DNA of 64,000 nt from Curvularia clavata (GCA_023920165.1 CP089280.1:868001-932000), one strand, 5' to 3'. Positions 22,185 through 36,400 are shown, counted from the first letter of the stretch. The notes: a model not told the origin generated them from the letters alone. Program-made: numbers and translations.

Positions 22185-24657
22185 TTATTTGTAAAGAGAG
22201 ACGGTCTTTTTGGGCTCATACTATAGTGCATTTACATAGACGTAAGGCTGGACTTTGACGTTTGACGTTTTCCGGTGAAGCAAGTCCAAGGCAAGGAATC
22301 GCAGGCAACAAGCCCCGCACTAGAGAAAGAGGACCCGCCACACCAAAGACGACAGCAGAATAATGCATACGCGTAGGCAGACACCACTACCGCTAGCATC
22401 CCCGATGCCAGGCGTTAGTTTGTATCGTTGCACCACTACCATCGTCGTTACCCTCACCACCATCATGTAGCCATCGATGCAGTCTCCTCTTCTCTTCTGC
22501 CGCCGTTGGCATCCGCCAGCCCATCACCACCACCTCACATGCACCATTCCCTCTAGGTTTGAGAACGCACACTGCAAAGCACCACACCTCGCCTCGCAAG
22601 AGAGACCGGAGGAGCAAGCAAGTTTTGGAAAAAGAAAAGAGAAGGGTTCTTCCCTGTCCTTCCTCTTGCTCTCCACTCTATCGTGACGCGCATACTATCT
22701 CTACCATCCATGCATACGTACATACGCACGCCATGTGTGCGGGCGAGCTATACCAACCTAAGCTTACACTTGTGATCGTCTGAAAGTCAAGCTTACCTAC
22801 CTGTTGATCGTCTGCGCCCGCCTCTCCCTCTAGCTACACTACCCATTGCACTACCCAGCCCTGTTTTTTTTTTTTGTAATTCATCTAGCTTTGCCTACTC
22901 TTTCCTAAAACATACTTTTCCATATAGCAGATGGGTAGGTTTAGTTAGTTCACATAGTTAGTTACACATGTGATTTACCTTTTCGAGTAAAGGCAATCAC
23001 TAGAAAGAGAAGTTAAGTTGTGTTGCGCAAGACCCGTGGTCATGTGAGTTTCATCGTGACACCGTCGCTGCCACATACTTTGCAACTCTCGCGGCGTGTC
23101 TAGGATACACTACGAACAATGTGCACATGAGCGTGTAGCCAATAAACCTTCTCACCGGGGCTATTGTGAATAGCAAATATCAGATGAGAGAGGCGAAAAA
23201 CTACCCAGTCCCGCCCAGCCCAACCCCTCCCAAAAAAACCCCCCGTCGTAATACATGTACGTCTCGCCTCACGGTTTCGGAATTACCCAACCCAGAAATC
23301 CCTCACTCAACAAACATGCCCACGTTCAACAAACCCTAGTTCCTTAACTTGCCCGATATTCTGCCGTGTAAAAAAAATAGGGCCAACCAAGGAAAAAATC
23401 ACTCCGACCGATCGACCGACAAATGGACAGGGCTACGGGGGGTTGTACAGTAGCGTACCTCGCTAGTCCCGACTCCGCCCCTCCAGCGTACACAAGTTGA
23501 AACACCGCCTTTTTGGGTTGCTGCAGGGTCGCTGCTTTTTTGCTTGACATGCATACGTAGGCTAGCCGTGCAAAGTGGCCATTCAATTGGAGGAAGAAGA
23601 AGGCGTTCGAGACGAGGGTCAGACAGGTACGGTTATGCGTCCGCTAAATCGGTGGCTGGGAAAAGGCCCATCAGAGTGGCTGGCTAGTTACATAGTATCA
23701 CGCATTGCAGATTCGCAAAACAGTTGTCTATAGTTACTGATAGTTGTAGTAATGGTAAAATTTCCATGTTTCACTCCATGCCTATACCCCTGTGATAGAT
23801 ACATACTCATTTTCAGATGAAAGAAGTGGCTTACTCACAGCACCCAATTGTCTACCAGAGAGATAGAGCTATTGATGCTGGAGGAGTATGTCAAAGCCAT
23901 AGACGATAATAAAAAAAGGTAAGGAAATAAACAAGCCGCTCGCTCGCTATGCCAATAACACAATCGTCGAGAAGGAAAAATGATTTTTTTTTCTCTTGGA
24001 GGATTGAGTGTGGGCTGTTGCGTTTCAACAGCTCACAAATGTTGGAGTTGCGATGCCTAACCAGGAACCCCACCTCCAACACCCCACTGCTCGCAAAGAT
24101 CAAGGAAAAAGACAAAAATAACCAAAAAATGCAAGACTCTCAGTCTTGCTTCTGCCTGCTCGCTTGCTTGCAAAAGATCAAATAGTCGTGATCGTTGTCG
24201 TGGCCATGATGCTCGTGGACCATACGTCAGCCGTCTCCGTTCAGAAAGTCAATAAAAATCGTATGGAGCAGATGAAGCAAAATATGTAAATAGGTTTATC
24301 GATCCGGCGATGCCCGTTAAAGAGTGTGATGCAGTTGGGAAATTGTGGGAGCCGGAGCTTGTTATATGGATGGTCGGGTCGAGATCGCGGGGAAACATGG
24401 CGTCCGGAGGACACCGGGGAATCGGACCAAAATGCAGGCAAAGTCGTTCATCGTTTGTATTCAGGAATCGTCAGCCGTTAAATCTCAGACATTAGGCACG
24501 TAAATCGTGGGTCGTTCATCTATATGGTGTGCCAAGAGAGCAGGCCGCGGGGTGTTGCCGGAGGATGAGTCGCACGTAGAGGAATGCGGAAAAAAGTATG
24601 TGCAGCCTACTGATTAGACGATAGCGATATCGTGAAAGACGCAAGTTGACCCAAGGT

Positions 24658-27201
24658 TTAGTTGGCTCGGATGACGAGCTTGGAGAGGAACTTGTTCGAC
24701 AGCGAGTCAAAGTCCTGACGGTCAAACTTGCAGTCACTTCTTGAGCGGAGGTACGGTTCTGGGGTTATGTTAGTGCTGAGGAGGTTCAGTCGAGTCTTGT
24801 AGTGCTTACCATATTTAGTGACGTGCGCGCGGACCTCAGTCATGGCGTCACAGACCGCAGGATTCGAGTTGAGCAGGTGGTGGTGTTTCCTGGAATCCCA
24901 CTCGGTGAAAGAGGGAAGCTTCTGGGAGATGGCCGAGAAAAGACCAACAATGACACCAACTGGCGTACCCTCCATCTCGCTGCAGAACTTGTGGACGGCG
25001 CTGATGTCAGGGACACGGTAGTTGCAGTCGAACTGGATCAACTCCCAGACAGCCAAGAGGATAGCAGCGAGCATGAAGATAGTGGGCCAGTTCTTCAGCT
25101 TGTCACCGCTGTAGACGGACTGGTAGAGCGAAGAGAGCTCCTCAAGAACGTCCTTCTGCAACTCGCGCCACATGTCAGCAAGAGCACACTTGACCTGGAA
25201 GTTGATCATGACGGGTGCGATGGTCTTGCCAGAGAACTTGGACTGCCGGTCTTCGACCTTGCCGGGAACGTTCTCCTCCTCGCCCAGACCCTCAACCATG
25301 GTAACGTGGAGAGTCAGGTTGTAGGCAAGGACGAGCTTCAGTGCCTTGCGAATGACCGGAAGCTTCTCGCGGCAGTAGAAGCGGTAGGCCGTCTTCAACA
25401 GCTCAGTCACAAATAAGGTACCCTCAAAGTACTCATCAACAAACTGCTCGAAACCACCATCAATGTGGCGGTCAAGATAGTCGGAAAGCATGGCACGGGG
25501 GATGCCCTCCATACCAGCAGACAACTTGGCAGTGTTGATCTCGAAGTGGAGACCGTTGAGGGTCTCATGCCAGTCGACGCCGAAGCACTTCTCGTCGCGG
25601 ACGTAAACCTCGCGAGCCATGATGGGAAGGTAGTGGCCATAGCCGTGGGTAACGTAAATCAAACGCTCTTGGGTCGAGAAACCCTTGATGTTGCCAATGG
25701 AGAAGCCGAGGCTGACGTGACGCTCGTAGTCGGCCTTCCAGTCCTTCATGAAGTAGGCAATATCCTTGATGTCAATGCGCGTGCACGGAACCTGCCAGAG
25801 ACGCGCATGAGAGGGCTGGCAACCAGCGCACGGATCACCCTTGTCACAAGTCTTCTTGAGGAACTTGCATCGCAGACAGGCGCGAAGCTTGCGGATCTCG
25901 TGGGCTTGTTGGCGCTGATCGGGCCTCAGAGGTCCACGTCTCCTGCCGACACGCTTCTCGCCAGTAGTGTCTTTCTTGTTGGTGTGTGCAGGTGTCTTCT
26001 TGACGATGGTCTTTGTGGGCTTGGATCCTGACGCAGTGGTAGGCGACTTCCTGCGGCGGGCCGGTGGGGAGCTGACCGCCGACGAGGTAGGCGAGGCGGT
26101 GTTTGAGGATGTTTGCTTGATTGTGATTGGCTCTACACGGGCCATGGGAGGGCTCACAGACTGTGTGGGAGAGATGTAGCTGGGGAAGTCGTGGTCACTG
26201 AGAGTGTATCCGTGACCGTGGCTGCAGCTGTCTGAGTGGTGGTGAGAGTGGATGAGTTCCAGGGTGTTGTCGGTCTCAGACTGAGGCGAGTGCATGGGGA
26301 ACTGGATCTCCTCGAAGCTGCTGAAAGAGTGAGCGGAGCGCGGCACGTCCGACTGATTCGAGTTGGATGAATCGGAGCCAGTGCGGATGTGGAGCGACTG
26401 GGCTGGGTTGAAGATGATGGCAGAGCTGTCGGAGTAGTCGTACGAGTTGCGGTGGTTGAAGCCGACATCGACCCAGCCGTTGTCACTGCTCGAGAGCGAA
26501 CGAATCTCCATCCAGTTCTCGCCCGGTGAGCCGGTAGACACGCTGTTTGCCGTGGCAGCGTTAGAATTGGTGGTGTAGTCGGGCGCACTCGAGATGTTTG
26601 TGAACTCTTGCTGGAAGTCTGACATCTGGAAGGGGGCAGTGGTCAGGGTGGGTAGCTCCATGCTGGTGGTGGTCATGAAGTTCATGGGTGCCATGGACAT
26701 GGGGTTCATCATGACCTGCGAGTTGATGCCAAACTCGACGGGCGACGTCTGCAATGGGGCTCCGTATGTCGAGCTGAAGTCGGTGCCCATTCCCATGGTG
26801 CCCTGGGCGAAGCTGTCTTGAGCAAAGGCGCCGTCAGTGTTGATGTTCATCCAGGTGGCCAGCATGGGGTTCATGGGTTGCATGGCGGCAGGGAAACCGA
26901 GGCTCATGTTCTGGTGGAGGGGAGTCATGCTCGTGGTGCTTGCGTGGGAGCTGTGCACACTCGACGGGCTCGAGCTGGCGATGCGGCGCTGGTGTTGAGA
27001 TTGCTGCTGCTGCGACTGCTGCTGCTGTTGCGGCTGCTGGGTGCCATCGTGGTGCTGTTGTTGGTGCATACTGCCGGGCGAGACGGGCAGCGGCCAGGTT
27101 TGGGAGAAGTTGAATGTTTGTCGGTTCGGGTCAAAAGATGGGTCGAAGGCCCCTTCTACACCGTAGATGGCCCCGTCGAAGTCGATGTGTTGGTTCTCCA
27201 T
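24658..27201 (-). CDS. Zn(II)2Cys6 transcription factor with a central zinc cluster; probable in-frame intron 24809-24759
   Basis: ACLRCKFLKKTCDKGDPCAGCQPSHARLWQVPC (CX2CX6CX5CX2CX11C) preceded by basic GRRRGPL. Q- and S-rich N-terminus. GTAAGC..CTAAC..CAG near the 3' end. Confidence 0.88.
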   Translation of the reverse strand: MENQHIDFDGAIYGVEGAFDPSFDPNRQTFNFSQTWPLPVSPGSMHQQQHHDGTQQPQQQQQSQQQQSQHQRRIASSSPSSVHSSHASTTSMTPLHQNMSLGFPAAMQPMNPMLATWMNINTDGAFAQDSFAQGTMGMGTDFSSTYGAPLQTSPVEFGINSQVMMNPMSMAPMNFMTTTSMELPTLTTAPFQMSDFQQEFTNISSAPDYTTNSNAATANSVSTGSPGENWMEIRSLSSSDNGWVDVGFNHRNSYDYSDSSAIIFNPAQSLHIRTGSDSSNSNQSDVPRSAHSFSSFEEIQFPMHSPQSETDNTLELIHSHHHSDSCSHGHGYTLSDHDFPSYISPTQSVSPPMARVEPITIKQTSSNTASPTSSAVSSPPARRRKSPTTASGSKPTKTIVKKTPAHTNKKDTTGEKRVGRRRGPLRPDQRQQAHEIRKLRACLRCKFLKKTCDKGDPCAGCQPSHARLWQVPCTRIDIKDIAYFMKDWKADYERHVSLGFSIGNIKGFSTQERLIYVTHGYGHYLPIMAREVYVRDEKCFGVDWHETLNGLHFEINTAKLSAGMEGIPRAMLSDYLDRHIDGGFEQFVDEYFEGTLFVTELLKTAYRFYCREKLPVIRKALKLVLAYNLTLHVTMVEGLGEEENVPGKVEDRQSKFSGKTIAPVMINFQVKCALADMWRELQKDVLEELSSLYQSVYSGDKLKNWPTIFMLAAILLAVWELIQFDCNYRVPDISAVHKFCSEMEGTPVGVIVGLFSAISQKLPSFTEWDSRKHHHLLNSNPAVCDAMTEVRAHVTKYGKHYKTRLNLLSTNITPEPYLRSRSDCKFDRQDFDSLSNKFLSKLVIRAN

Positions 27202-30200
27202 GTTTGCACGGAGAGAGGAAAATGGGTTCGAGTCTTGTCAGCCTCCGTGAGCTGATGGTAAGCGGTGAAGGACAGCGGGCGATGGGCCGACCAGAGTGTA
27301 GGCGGTGCCAAGGCCGCACACCGCTTTTTGGCTGCAAGTCGCAGCCCCACACCCCAATGGCTCGACTAGATCTGCGCCTGGCTGGGATAGCGCCAGAAGC
27401 GCTGCAGCGGTCCGCTCGATTCGCAATCGAGGCCAGAGGAAAACCCTGATGAGCCGCGGCGAGGGCGAGGGTTCCCAGGCTTGTAACACCGGGAGAGTTG
27501 CAGCTATCCAAACAATGCCTCAACCATCTGTGGAGAGACGAGGGCGGCGCCTCGTGGTGGGTGAGCACATGGCCCAGCGAGCGAACGGCTATGTGCTCGC
27601 CCACCGAGAGCGAGACGCTCCACCCACGCGCCTCGTTGGTAGAGTAGCAGTCGATCAGCTCCGCCTCGCGCCTCGTCCTCTGGCTGCTGGCTGGCTGTCC
27701 GCCGGCTGCTTCACCCACCTGCAACCCACGCACGCTGACGCCTCGCCCTGCCGCAGCGTGTCCCAATGCTACCTTTTCCCTGAATACTGCCATCGCCTAT
27801 CGACAAGCTGACCCCGCCTGCGATAATGCACCGATAAGCGTTAGGCTCGGGGTCCTGAGGGATCAACATGCCGAGAGCGTTGGGGATGCCGCAAAAAGCA
27901 AACGATATCCTCTTTTCCAGTTGTCGACTTGTTGTCTCTTTTGTCGACCGCTGCCCGTGCACCTCTCCTCGTCCGACTGCTCTCTGCTCTGCACGAGCAG
28001 TCCGGCATGCAGCCAAGCGACTCGGCCTGCGCTACGCTCGGTCATGGGCGCATCTAAGCATATCGACCGACACGACGGCCTGTGGAGCTATTACTGGACG
28101 GATACACTCGACCAGGTCCAGCATTTGCCTCCCGGGCACAACCTGGTCTGCGACTCTACAACGGCCACTCTGCCGTCGACGCAAATACTCACCGACACGG
28201 TTGTTGAACGCCTCGCAAGACATACCATCGTCATGGTCTGAATTGCTCTGCGATCCGAGCGATAATGGCTGTCGTGCTAACCTCCACGCACTGAGCCCAC
28301 TTCCCGGCCGGCCCTCATGCTTGCAGCCGCTCGTCACTACTCCGGCAACTTGTGTGCATCTTGTCAAGCGTCTTCTGTGCAACATCGCTTCCAGGCTTCT
28401 TGTTTGGCTTAATGTCTTGCAGCCAACTTGCACACTCTGGCCGCCGTTTCAGTCATTGTGTCATCCGCCATGCTGCGCCGGCATATCGCCGCTCGACCAG
28501 CGACATCTAGAGCAAATGGTAGGCCCTTGTCTGCATTTGTGCACGTATTGCTTTCGTGCCACCCTTGCTGCCTCGTGCCGACCAGTCTCCGTCGACCCTC
28601 CGGCCACCCACCTCTCGTGATTTGTCTCTCTCGCCCGCTCCGTTCCGCAACTGACTGACGGCACGGCGTTTCTCGACGCCTCGCCATTATATCACAGCCA
28701 CTTGCACAACTCGTCAAGGCGTGACTCGAGATCCGGTTCCATACTTTTATGTTGCGTGGCTGGATAAGTAATTCATTTTGCAGCGATCATCATGTGCAGT
28801 TGGTGGCGTCGTGTGGGGCGCGCTGACGCTCTTCGTTGTCCCACGTAGCAGCCAATATGTATGTGTTTTGGAATGGGCTAGAGCCGAGTACATACTTGTC
28901 CAGCCTGGTGTACTTGACTGGGCGTAGGACCTGTTTGGCCCGGTTGGGAGGGCCGGGCATGGCGAGTTGGTGGGGATAGCGTGTCGCTGTGCTGCATGTA
29001 AGATGGATCCTGCCAACGGTCCTAGAGACATTCAGCTTTGTGAAATTAAGGTAATCAGACGCTGCACCTCATTGTTTCCTGCATATCTCGTTACCGTCGT
29101 CCTCGCCGTAATTGTGGGCGGGTGTCAGACCCTGTGAAAAGTTCATGTTCCTGTAACGTTGGAGATAAGGAAGAACACAGCGGTTGATAAGTTTGAGCAT
29201 CGGAGGATTTACAACAGAGATTGGGCGGGGGATGTGCGAGGGGCGAACTGATGATGAGCAAGGGATGGTGGCCGTGTTTTGGCTCGGGTGTGATTGGAAG
29301 GCAGCGATGGGTACTGGGGTTCCCTCCTTCCCTCTGAAACATGACAGCGCGGGGTCTTGCCTGCCGTATCGATTGCAAACTCTCACAGACTGCCAATCTT
29401 CGGCAACATGCAGATGTAACAAAAGACGATATAGTTTTCGTATTTCGGTAGTATCTCGGCCCTGTCGGCTCTGTATATCATGAGACAATCGTCCAAACAC
29501 GTTCACTCTCGACGACTTGCTAGCTGTCTTACCATCTGGCATGACTGTGTTAAAATGTCATTGGTCTTTGTGTGGACCGCATATTTCCTAGAAGAAAATA
29601 GACAAAGTAGCATGCAATGACGAGAATCAGTCAAGACTCACTCACAGAGCACAGTTCGTATCACAATGTGTTGAGTTTATTCGCCGTGTCTAAACAGCTA
29701 GTCCTTAAAACGATGTCGAGATTAGAACGAGTTTTACTAGACGAAAGCAAAACAGGTCTATCATACGTCAAGACATCAGAATATCACTTTTGAAGTTTGC
29801 TGCAATGATTAGTCTCACATATCAGTACCTATCTGGTCCAAGCCATGCACCATTTGTATTCCGTTCAACGACTTTGCTTTCTCTTTGCAAGTTCCCCTTT
29901 CGTATCTCATAAGCTGTAGAGGACTCTTACGCAATGCGCGGAGACTACCTAGTTGTTGTAGGGCAGTGAACTGACACTACGTAGCAACCAAGGAGGCATA
30001 ACAAGCGTAACAGCCGCTACTAAGTCTTTATAATATCCATCCAACAAGAGAGCTAAACACTCAGGTGCCAAGGCCTAGAGCGTCGCGCATTGCTAGCATA
30101 GTAGTGAACTGAACATGCTGACGCTGCATATATCCGACGCCAACAACGTTATAATGACAACAATTCCTACCACAAAAGGCTAGACAGAAACACACATTAG

Positions 30201-30493
30201 GCGTTTTCCAGTTGATCGCAATTCCCGAAATTTACTGCTTTCCATAACATTTCGGAGTATCGGAAAGCCGGTCATCTTGACTACAGCCGGCCTTCGGCTC
30301 CACACACGTCTCCCGTGTCTTGTGTACCACATGGGAATTATGTAGAATTTAAAACAAGAATCAACCATTTTTTCATTCATATCAAAAAAGAGTTCAGTCC
30401 CGAAATTCTTGGAACCAGGTTAAAGGTACTGTTTGCTCTGTTCAAGGCAACTAGAAATCATCGCACCACTCTAAGCTGTTCAAATCACACAAC

Positions 30494-31042
30494 ATGGCAC
30501 ACGTCGGCGCACTACCCAAGATCCATCGCTACGTCACCGCTCACAATAACGAAGGCAAAGCCGTCTTCAGTAATGCATTTGACGAAGAGAGCAAAATGAT
30601 ACCCAACCCGGACGGCATTGCATTCGCGCTCAGTTACACGACCAAAGGATTCCCGGTGGACATGAATGGCGACAAAGACCTCGAAGTGTATGGCAATTAC
30701 TTGAAGGAAACACCAGGGTTAGTAGTCTCTGGCGGCACAGTCTTACGGCACGTTGATATTCCACCGGCCACAGAGTGCACGATGCACCGGACCGTGAGCT
30801 TGGACTACGGCTGCGTGCTCGAAGGAGAGATCGAATGTCTGCTGGACAGCGGCGAGAAGCGCCTGATGAAACGGGGAGACATCGCGATTCAGCGCGGGAC
30901 TATGCATCAATGGATCAACCATTCTCCAACAGAGTATTGCAGAATGCTGTTCGTGTTGCAGGAGAGCCAGCCATTAAAGCTGGCAGGAAAGACAGTCGGC
31001 GAGGAGTTGGCAGGCATGGCGGGCGTGCGTCCTTCGGATTAA
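30494..31042 (+). CDS. Cupin-2 domain protein
   Basis: RYVTAHNNEGKAVF, MHRTVSLDYGCVLEGEI, GDIAIQRGTMHQWIN. Confidence 0.88.
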   Translation: MAHVGALPKIHRYVTAHNNEGKAVFSNAFDEESKMIPNPDGIAFALSYTTKGFPVDMNGDKDLEVYGNYLKETPGLVVSGGTVLRHVDIPPATECTMHRTVSLDYGCVLEGEIECLLDSGEKRLMKRGDIAIQRGTMHQWINHSPTEYCRMLFVLQESQPLKLAGKTVGEELAGMAGVRPSD

Positions 31043-31411
31043 GATTAGCAGCCGTGTTGTAAATATGAGATTGAATCGAATCTATGATATGGCGCTGGAC
31101 TATCGATAGAGAATTCGAGTCTGGAGTGCCAAGCCAACTAGCATACGATCTGACCACTCCACACGTGCTCCATCCTATCAGCCTTACAATATTACCTGCA
31201 ACAATCGAGAAGGGCAATCCTTGAACTGTGTGTGCTCTGCGCCAATACAGATTGTGAACTCTGACTTGCATCCGGCGGGGTGGTTGTACTTGCACTCGAA
31301 CAATACTAAGCGTTTCTCACGAGCAAAGTCATTGTTCCCCACCAGCCACTCACAGGGACCTAGTGACGGACCAGCCAAAACCAGAAACCCCAGACGCAGA
31401 TGTAAATAAGG

Positions 31412-32935
31412 ATGGCGCTTCCGTTACGGTTTTCAGCACAGCAGCCTTCATCCCGCTTGGAGGAAATCGCCCCCGGATCTGACCGGATTGAAGAGCTCTC
31501 AGACGAAGAGCTCGGCAGCGAATACGAAGACATGGGCACAGCTACTGTGGAAGAGCAGGCAAACATAGCCTACCTAGAGAGCATCAGGATACCCATCAAG
31601 GATTCTTTGGTCACAGAGACATCAAAGGTAGACGATGAGACGTCAGCAGTTATTCTACCGTACCTTGAGGGAAATCCAAACGACTTTTCTCTCAACGCTT
31701 TCGGCATCCCAAAACTCCAGAGAGACAGACACGAAACTATGTTGAAGAAGATTATTGGTGACTATCCACCACAAGCTGCGGCCATGGATGCTGCCCGACC
31801 ATGGATTGTATATTGGGCAACGCAGAGCATGACCGCACTAGGACTGGATGTTTCCAGTTACCAGAAAAGGCAGGTTGCCTATTCTTCATATTATCAAACA
31901 TATTCATCTCAGACTATAAATTACAATGTCTAACTTAAAAAAAACAGGGTAGCACACACCTTCTCGCTAGCCCAGCACCCAGACGGCGGTTTTGGAGGCG
32001 GCTATGGCCAATACGCCCACCTTGCCTGTACATATGCTGCGACACTCTCACTCGCCATCTCCGGAGGAGAAGTATCCTACGACACCATCAACCGCAAGAC
32101 CCTCTGGCACTTCCTTGGGCGAATGAAGCAAGCCGACGGCGGCTTCACCATGTGTGCCGGCGGCGAAGAAGACATCCGCGGCGCCTTCTGCGCCATGGTC
32201 ATCCTCTCCCTGACTAACCTTCCCCTCGAGCTCCCTCCAGACGCACCCGCCCGTAAACACGGCCTAACGACCTTCACCTCCGGGCTAGGCGAATGGGTCT
32301 CCAAATGCCAGTCCTGGGACGGCGGCATCTCCGCCGCGCCCGGAAACGAAGCTCACGGCGCCTACGCATTCTGCGGCCTAGGCTGTCTTGCGATTCTCGG
32401 GCCACCCAAAGAAACACTGCACAAGTATCTGAATGTAGATCTACTGGTACATTGGTTGTCATCGCGTCAATGTTCTCCCGAGTGCGGATACAACGGCCGC
32501 ACAAACAAGCTCGTCGATGGCTGCTACTCGCACTGGGTTGGAGGCTGTTGGTCCATTGTCGAAGCCGCAACTTCTACCAACATGTGGAACCGCGCGGCAC
32601 TGGGCCGCTACATACTTGCTGCGTGTCAAGAGAAGAAAGGCGGTCTCAAAGACAAACCTGGAAAGCACTCGGATGCGTACCACACATGCTACAACTTGGC
32701 CGGGTTGAGCGCCGCGCAGTACCAGTATGTCTACGACGAGAATGTTAATAAGAATCTTGGAACGGGAAATTACGGTGCGCCGTATCATTGGAAGATGCAG
32801 GGGCGCTATGCAGGTGATCAAAAGGTCGTCTGGGACGAGGGCGATGTGGTCAAGCCTGTTCACCCTGTTTTTGTCATTCCGTTCATGGCAGTGTATGAGA
32901 TGAGGAGGTATTTTGAAGAGAAGGAGAGCTTTTGA
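31412..32935 (+). CDS. RAM1: Protein farnesyltransferase beta subunit; exons 31412-31869 and 31948-32935 (GC-AG intron)
   Basis: DAARPWIVYW, GGFGGGYGQYAHLACTYAA, EEDIRGAFCA, EAHGAYAFC, GRTNKLVDGCYSHW, DKPGKHSDAYHTCY. Confidence 0.92.
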
Positions 32936-33073
32936 TAGATTCAGATAAAGTCTTTACATTTTTTTCAAACGTCAACTTGGTTCAGACAGCCGGCTCATCT
33001 AATTTTATCGCCGTTTGTGAATGATATAGTTATACCAAGCCTGTATTTTTTGATTCTGACATACTACTCCTTC

Positions 33074-34309
33074 CTAGAACCCTTGCCTGAACTTTGGCGC
33101 ATACATCTCCTCTAGGTACTTTGCGTCCTCATCGCTAAGCTTAAAGTGCGAATTCTGTACCGCCTCTTCAATCCTCTCCTTGCTGCTCAGCCCAATGATG
33201 GGGCAAACACCCTTCTTGATTGTCCATGCCGTCGCAATACACGTCATGCTGACATTATTCTTCTTGGCGACCTCTTCAACACGCTCGATGATTTTCTTGT
33301 CAATGGCGTCTTCCCTCGAGTGAACGAGCATGTCTAGGAACTTGTCGGTTTCAGCGCGCTTGGAAGATCGGTCGCTCCAGGGGCGGCTGAGGGCGCCGCG
33401 GGCGATGGGAGACCAGGGGATGAGACCGACGCCGGTGTCTTGACAGTATGGGATCTAGGCGGCGTGTTAGCACAGCCTGTGTGAAGAGGTGTGGTCAGAA
33501 TCCTACCATCTCGCGCTCTTCCTCGCGGTAAATCAAGTTGTAGTAATTCTGCATGGAGATGAACTTGTGCCAGCCGTTCTTCTCAGCAATATTCTGCAAC
33601 GTCTGGAATTCCCATGCAGCCATGGAGCTGGCACCAATGTACCGGACCCAGCCCTTCTCAATCACATCGTTGAGGGCCTTCATAATCTCTTCCCTAGGTA
33701 CCTCCCTGTCCAGACGATGAATCTGCAGGACATCAATGTACGTGCCCAGTCTCTCCACGCTCTTCTCGACCGCGTCAAAGATGTGCTTACGGCTCAAACC
33801 GACTTCATTGACAAATTCGCCGTCATTAGTCATTGTCTGTGCAATGGGGATACTCGGGTCCTCTTCCCTGACGCCAAAGTAGCATTTTGAAAGAATGACG
33901 ACCTTGTTTCGGGGAATGTTGTATTGCTTCAGCGCCTTGCCAATGATCTTTTCCGAGTTACCGTGGGAGTAGATGTCGGCCTTGATAGTGTGCTGTTAGC
34001 CTTGCTTCATCGTCTTTACCCCGTGCTACGATGGTGGGTTTGAAAGAGATACAGAATAAGACATACCGTATCCCAGGTGTTGATACCACACTTGTACGCA
34101 TGCTCCAGCAGCGGCAAGCTTTCAGCCTCGTCCAAAACCCATGGCGCCCACTTGGAAGAGCCGTAGCTCATAGCTCCCAGAACGACTTTGGAGATCTTGA
34201 GACCAGACTTTCCCAGGCTGTACTACGTCAGTATGCTCATTGTCTGTAACACCCGTCGCTCAGGATAATCAGGTACTCACTTGACGTATTCCATCTTCTT
34301 GTCTGCCAT
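33074..34309 (-). CDS. Aldo-keto reductase (YajO/aryl-alcohol dehydrogenase-like); exons 34309-34281, 34217-34067, 33980-33507, 33454-33074
   Basis: Spliced LGKSGLKISKVVLGAMSYG, WDTADIYSHG, ILSK, LQIHR, YIGASSM, MQNYYNL, IPWSPIARG. Confidence 0.9.
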
Positions 34310-35149
34310 TATTGCAATTGCAGCGGTGTTTCTCGAAATGCTATGTGTAGGCACTTTTATGTGATCGTTGTACAGCAACCGTGACGTCTAGCGAGACAAT
34401 GGGGTTATATAGCTTTCGCGTTGGGGGTTCAAAAGGCTTGGTCACGGAGTTTGCTACAAAGGCCGCTCAGCTCGTCCGGTTTTTTTAGTAAGGCCACTGG
34501 ATCTAAGGAGCGGAGGATCCGTAAACTGGCCTTGGCCCTGTCAATATGTGGGCTTCTGGTGATGTAGCCAACGTAATGTGGAGTTGGTTTTAAGTGGGGT
34601 ACTTGAAGCGGGGCTACTGGTTCAATCGGAATTAAGCCGCGGTATACGTAGCACCGTGATGGTAGCGGAGATAATACCATGGTGGCGACAGTCAATGTGG
34701 CTTCAACACATACACACAATGGCATCGCATTGACAGGCGAAGGCTGTGAAATGTACTGTCAGGTCCTGTACCAATCAGGCCAACCTAGCCTCCACAGCTT
34801 GCTCGTCAGCTGTGCCTCCTGATCAGTAGAGCGGACTAGCAACTCGTCCGTGGAAAACAATGCTCTCTGTTATCCCCGTTGCTTCCGGCGTGTCTAGCAA
34901 TCTTCTATAAATGTCTACTCACTACCTGTGGCAAGCGACACATCATAAGAATCAAGAACGGACTTAAGATTGCAAACATCACTCTTGGCAAAGCAAAACA
35001 GTATTCATATGAATCAAGCCCGTAGGCGTATTTGATTGTGTTGAGGCATTGTTAGCCATAAACTATGAATAAACCGACCCGCTACAAACAGCCCGTGGGC
35101 TGATCATGCCATAACGCCATACCCAGAATGTCATGAAAAGTCATGGCGC

Positions 35150-36182
<1,033 letters not shown>

Positions 36183-36400
36183 GGTTACAGGTGTTGTGTT
36201 CTGATGTGGTTGAATGTGGTTGTATGTGTAGTGGAAAACAGCTCTGTGAGATGCTGCAGGTTGAAGGTGAGAGTAGGAAAGAAGAAAGGGCAGGGCTGGC
36301 GGAAAGCTGGCTTATATGGAGGCAGGCTGAGGCAGTGACGGGGTCAAAGGGCGACATGATGCGAGCAGCGCGTCCGTGCACCAATCAGCGTCCGTCCCCG

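Noticed and set aside
27221..27250. GGTTCGAGTC B-box/T-loop-like motif suggesting a tRNA
   Set aside because: No cloverleaf, D-arm or convincing T-stem could be built.
27131..28717. Several 130-250 aa ORFs upstream of the Zn2Cys6 gene
   Set aside because: They overlap on both strands in GC-rich DNA with Arg/Cys/Pro-rich non-globular composition; likely spurious.
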